Of a DNA stretch of 56,118 bases, positions 53,190-56,118 are shown one piece after another (position 1 is the stretch's first letter; each line of letters opens with the position of its first letter). The stretch spans positions 1-56,118 of the forward strand of contig JBBTIN010000005.1 of the NCBI GenBank assembly GCA_038059935.1, written 5' to 3'. The notes beneath the pieces were generated by a model, which did not search any database, was not told the DNA's origin, and worked only from the letters and a program-made list of their open reading frames with translations. Made by a program: the position numbers and the translations under genes. The DNA is from Nitrospirota bacterium (lineage in GTDB: Bacteria > Nitrospirota > Nitrospiria > SBBL01 > SBBA01).

Positions 53190-55968
53190 CGGCCTCGCAA
53201 CATCGCTTACATAACGTCGGATGGGTTACGTCACTCCCCACCGCCTCACTAAAAAGCCAACAGCGTTCGCATTTTTCGCCGTCGGCGGCCTCGACTGTTA
53301 CATTCCAAACACTGGACTCTTCTAATTTGACTTGCGAGACAATAAAGAAGGATGGCAAAAATGCCTCACGCGACTTTAAGTCCTGAAACGCTTTTGATGT
53401 TGCAGTAATACTGATCGAGGCTTCCAGCGAAGTTCCAATCGTTTTATTGGCGCGCGCCTCTTCGAGTTTTTTGGAAACCAACTCCCGGGCGGCTCGGAGC
53501 CGCACCCATTTGTCCTCTAAATTCAAATCATTCGGCATTTTTTCTGGAAATGAGGTCAGATGAACCGAAGCAGCTTCTTCTCGGAATCCAACAGGTAAAG
53601 ACTGCCAAATCTCTTCCGTGGTAAAAGAGAGAATCGGTGCCATCAGCTTTGTGAGCGTGATTAAAATTTCGTGTAAAACAAATTGCGCCGCGCGTCGTTC
53701 GGGGGCATCGGCTTTCGAGGCATAAAGACGATCTTTAATAATATCAAGATAAAATGCAGAAAGCTCCACCGAACAAAATTGATTGATGGCGTGGAAAACC
53801 GCGTGAAACTCCATTGTGGCGTAAGATTGTTGCACCCTTTCGTTAAGCTGCGAAAGCCGATTGAGTGCCCAGACATCTATCTCAAGTTGTTTATTTCCAG
53901 ATGCCGTTTCCTTCTGATAGTCATAAAGATTACTGAGCAAGAACCGGCAGGTGTTTCGTATCTTTCGATACGCCTCGACCAACTGCTGCAAGATCACATC
54001 GGAGATTCGGACGTCGTCTCGAAAATCGGTGGCCGCCACCCACAACCGCAAAATCTCCGCGCCATACTTGTCGGTAATCTCCTGCGGGGCCACCACGTTT
54101 CCCACCGATTTGGACATTTTTTTACCCTCGCCATCCACGGTAAATCCATGCGTCAAGACCGTTTCAAATGCGGCCTTTTTATCCGTTTCCAGAGAGGCCA
54201 ACAGCGTACTTTGAAACCAGCCGCGATGCTGATCGGAACCTTCCAGATAAAGATCGGCCGGCCAAGATAATGTCCCACGCGCCTTCAATACCGCCGCATG
54301 AGAAACGCCTGATTCGAACCAGACATCCAGAATATCGTTCTCCTTCTCAAAGTCGCCACTCCCGCACGAACAGGTCATCCCGATAGGAAGCAGTTCTTTC
54401 GCCGATTTTGAAAACCACAAATCAGATCCTTCCGTCTCCATCTGATTTGCGATAGGGTCAATGATTGCTTGGGTGCAAACTTGTTTTTTGCACGCGATAC
54501 AAGTAAAGGCGACAATCGGGACACCCCAAACCCGCTGACGCGAGATACACCAATCGGGACGATTTCCAACGGCTCCGATAATCCGATCCTTTCCCCACTT
54601 TGGAATCCATTGGACTTTTTCAATTTCGTCTAATGCCCGCTCCCGCAATTTTGTCGTTTCCATCGAGACAAACCATTGGTCAGTCGCGCGAAAGAGCACC
54701 GGATTTTTACAGCGCCAGCAATGCGGATAAGAATGGACAATCTTTTTTTCTTTGACCAGCATTCCTTTTCCTTGTAACAGAGCAATGATTTGCGCGTTTG
54801 CCTCAAAGACAGGAAGCGCGGCAAATTGTTCTGCCTCTGCAGTAAACCGTCCCTTTTTGTCAACGGGGGCATAAGGGGCGATTCCATATTTCAAGCCAAC
54901 TTCGTAATCTTCCCGGCCATGTCCCGGCGCGGTATGTACACAGCCGGTACCGCCTTCTGCAGTCACATGATTTCCCAAAATCACAACAGACCTTCTATCT
55001 AACCAAGGATGATTAAATTGCCAGCCTTCAATTTGAGAGCCCTTGAACGTACAAACAATTGTCCCGTGATCTAATCCTGTTTCTTTGATGAACGATTCAT
55101 AAAGCGGCTCGGAAACAATCACCGCTTCGTTTTGAATCAGACACACGACATAGTTAAAATCAGGATGAAGACAAACAGCGCGATTGGCGACCAGTGTCCA
55201 CGGGGTGGTTGTCCAGATCACTATCGAAAGATTTTTCCCCGTGATTTGCCGTGTCTGATCCGAATCGGCGATCCCCATTGCCGCAAAAATATTCAGCAGG
55301 CTTTCTTCGTGTTGCGCATACAATGGAAATTTCACATAAATAGAAGGTGATGTATGATCGGCATATTCCACCTCCGCCTCGGCCAAGGCGGTTTCGCAAG
55401 AGGAACACCAAAGCACCGGTTTAAGCCCCTTATAAACCGAGCCCGCGGCAACGATCTTTCCAAATTCCCGAACGATGGCCGCCTCATAATCGGGGGTTAA
55501 TGTGAGATACGGATTTTCCCAATCGCCCAAAACACCCAGCCGCTTAAACTCTGCTTTTTGAATTGCGATAAATTTTTGTGCATAGTCGCGGCATAATTTC
55601 CGAATGGCGACTTTATCCATCCCTGCGCGTTTCGGGCCGAGATCTTTTAGCACCTGATGCTCAATGGGCAATCCATGGCAATCCCACCCCGGGACGTAAG
55701 GCGCCGCGTATCCACTCATCGTTTTCGACTTCACGACGATATCTTTCAGAATTTTGTTCAGTGCGTGTCCGATATGGATATGACCGTTCGCGTAGGGGGG
55801 GCCGTCATGCAGGATATATTTTGGCTTGCCTTCGCCTTTTTTCAGAATCTCTGGATAGAGCTGTTCTGTTTCCCATTTGGCCAACAAGAGAACCTCTTTT
55901 TCTTTGAGGTTGGCCTTCATCGGAAAATCGGTTTTGGGGAGGTTGAGCGTCGCTTGATATTTTTTCAT
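53161..55968 (-). CDS. ileS: Isoleucyl-tRNA synthetase
   Basis: GPPYANGHIHIGH, GWDCHGLPIE, WTTTPWT, WCISRQR, KMSKS, C-terminal zinc finger. Confidence 0.97.
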   Translation of the reverse strand: MKKYQATLNLPKTDFPMKANLKEKEVLLLAKWETEQLYPEILKKGEGKPKYILHDGPPYANGHIHIGHALNKILKDIVVKSKTMSGYAAPYVPGWDCHGLPIEHQVLKDLGPKRAGMDKVAIRKLCRDYAQKFIAIQKAEFKRLGVLGDWENPYLTLTPDYEAAIVREFGKIVAAGSVYKGLKPVLWCSSCETALAEAEVEYADHTSPSIYVKFPLYAQHEESLLNIFAAMGIADSDQTRQITGKNLSIVIWTTTPWTLVANRAVCLHPDFNYVVCLIQNEAVIVSEPLYESFIKETGLDHGTIVCTFKGSQIEGWQFNHPWLDRRSVVILGNHVTAEGGTGCVHTAPGHGREDYEVGLKYGIAPYAPVDKKGRFTAEAEQFAALPVFEANAQIIALLQGKGMLVKEKKIVHSYPHCWRCKNPVLFRATDQWFVSMETTKLRERALDEIEKVQWIPKWGKDRIIGAVGNRPDWCISRQRVWGVPIVAFTCIACKKQVCTQAIIDPIANQMETEGSDLWFSKSAKELLPIGMTCSCGSGDFEKENDILDVWFESGVSHAAVLKARGTLSWPADLYLEGSDQHRGWFQSTLLASLETDKKAAFETVLTHGFTVDGEGKKMSKSVGNVVAPQEITDKYGAEILRLWVAATDFRDDVRISDVILQQLVEAYRKIRNTCRFLLSNLYDYQKETASGNKQLEIDVWALNRLSQLNERVQQSYATMEFHAVFHAINQFCSVELSAFYLDIIKDRLYASKADAPERRAAQFVLHEILITLTKLMAPILSFTTEEIWQSLPVGFREEAASVHLTSFPEKMPNDLNLEDKWVRLRAARELVSKKLEEARANKTIGTSLEASISITATSKAFQDLKSREAFLPSFFIVSQVKLEESSVWNVTVEAADGEKCERCWLFSEAVGSDVTHPTLCKRCCEAVPPTGGGEL

Positions 55969-56118
55969 AAATCGGCGGATGGTATCATTCGTTCGCAATC
56001 AGAGTAAAGGGTACGTTATAGATCAAATTAAAGGTTACCGGGATGGGAGCGGATAGATCATAATGGGCGAGACTGTCCTATAATTAGTTGAAATTGCGAA
56101 ATGACCTCCGAGGCGATA

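Overview
A 56 kb bacterial chromosomal segment of mostly housekeeping genes, largely on the minus strand. Gene style suggests a Nitrospirota-like organism; this is an inference, not a database result. It contains a CzcCB-type metal-efflux operon truncated at the left edge, terpenoid and pterin/Moco genes (phytoene/squalene synthase, moeA, folE, mobA, MOSC), trxB, a chlorite-dismutase-family protein, nucleotide-sugar genes and queH. Two tRNAs (Ser, Arg) are followed by a sugar-methylating glycosylation cluster and a 1578-aa Ig-repeat/RCC1 lipoprotein. Further right are fatty-acid genes, a cold-shock gene, ubiA, ffs-dnaX-ybaB, ABC permeases, hicBA, a sulfite reductase-TusA fusion, lolC/E, tRNA-Asn, an ATP-dependent DNA ligase, an ABC1 kinase, lspA and ileS. 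No transposase, integrase or CRISPR array was seen. The most striking content is a layered set of covarying hairpin repeats. (1) A ~18-19 bp micro-element (5-bp stem, RCG loop, TGCGRR tail) has about 14 copies, most of them in-frame inside proteins. (2) A strand-polarised stem-GACCAACGGGA-stem module lies directly after the stop codon of 8 genes. (3) GTAG-type REPs supply stop codons and make up part of the DnaX linker. (4) TIR-bounded MITE-like shells enclose palindromic cores. In addition, an orphan HExxH-like gene is bracketed by a diverged 103-bp duplication of the moeA 3' end. All repeat counts come from reading by eye and are minimum values.
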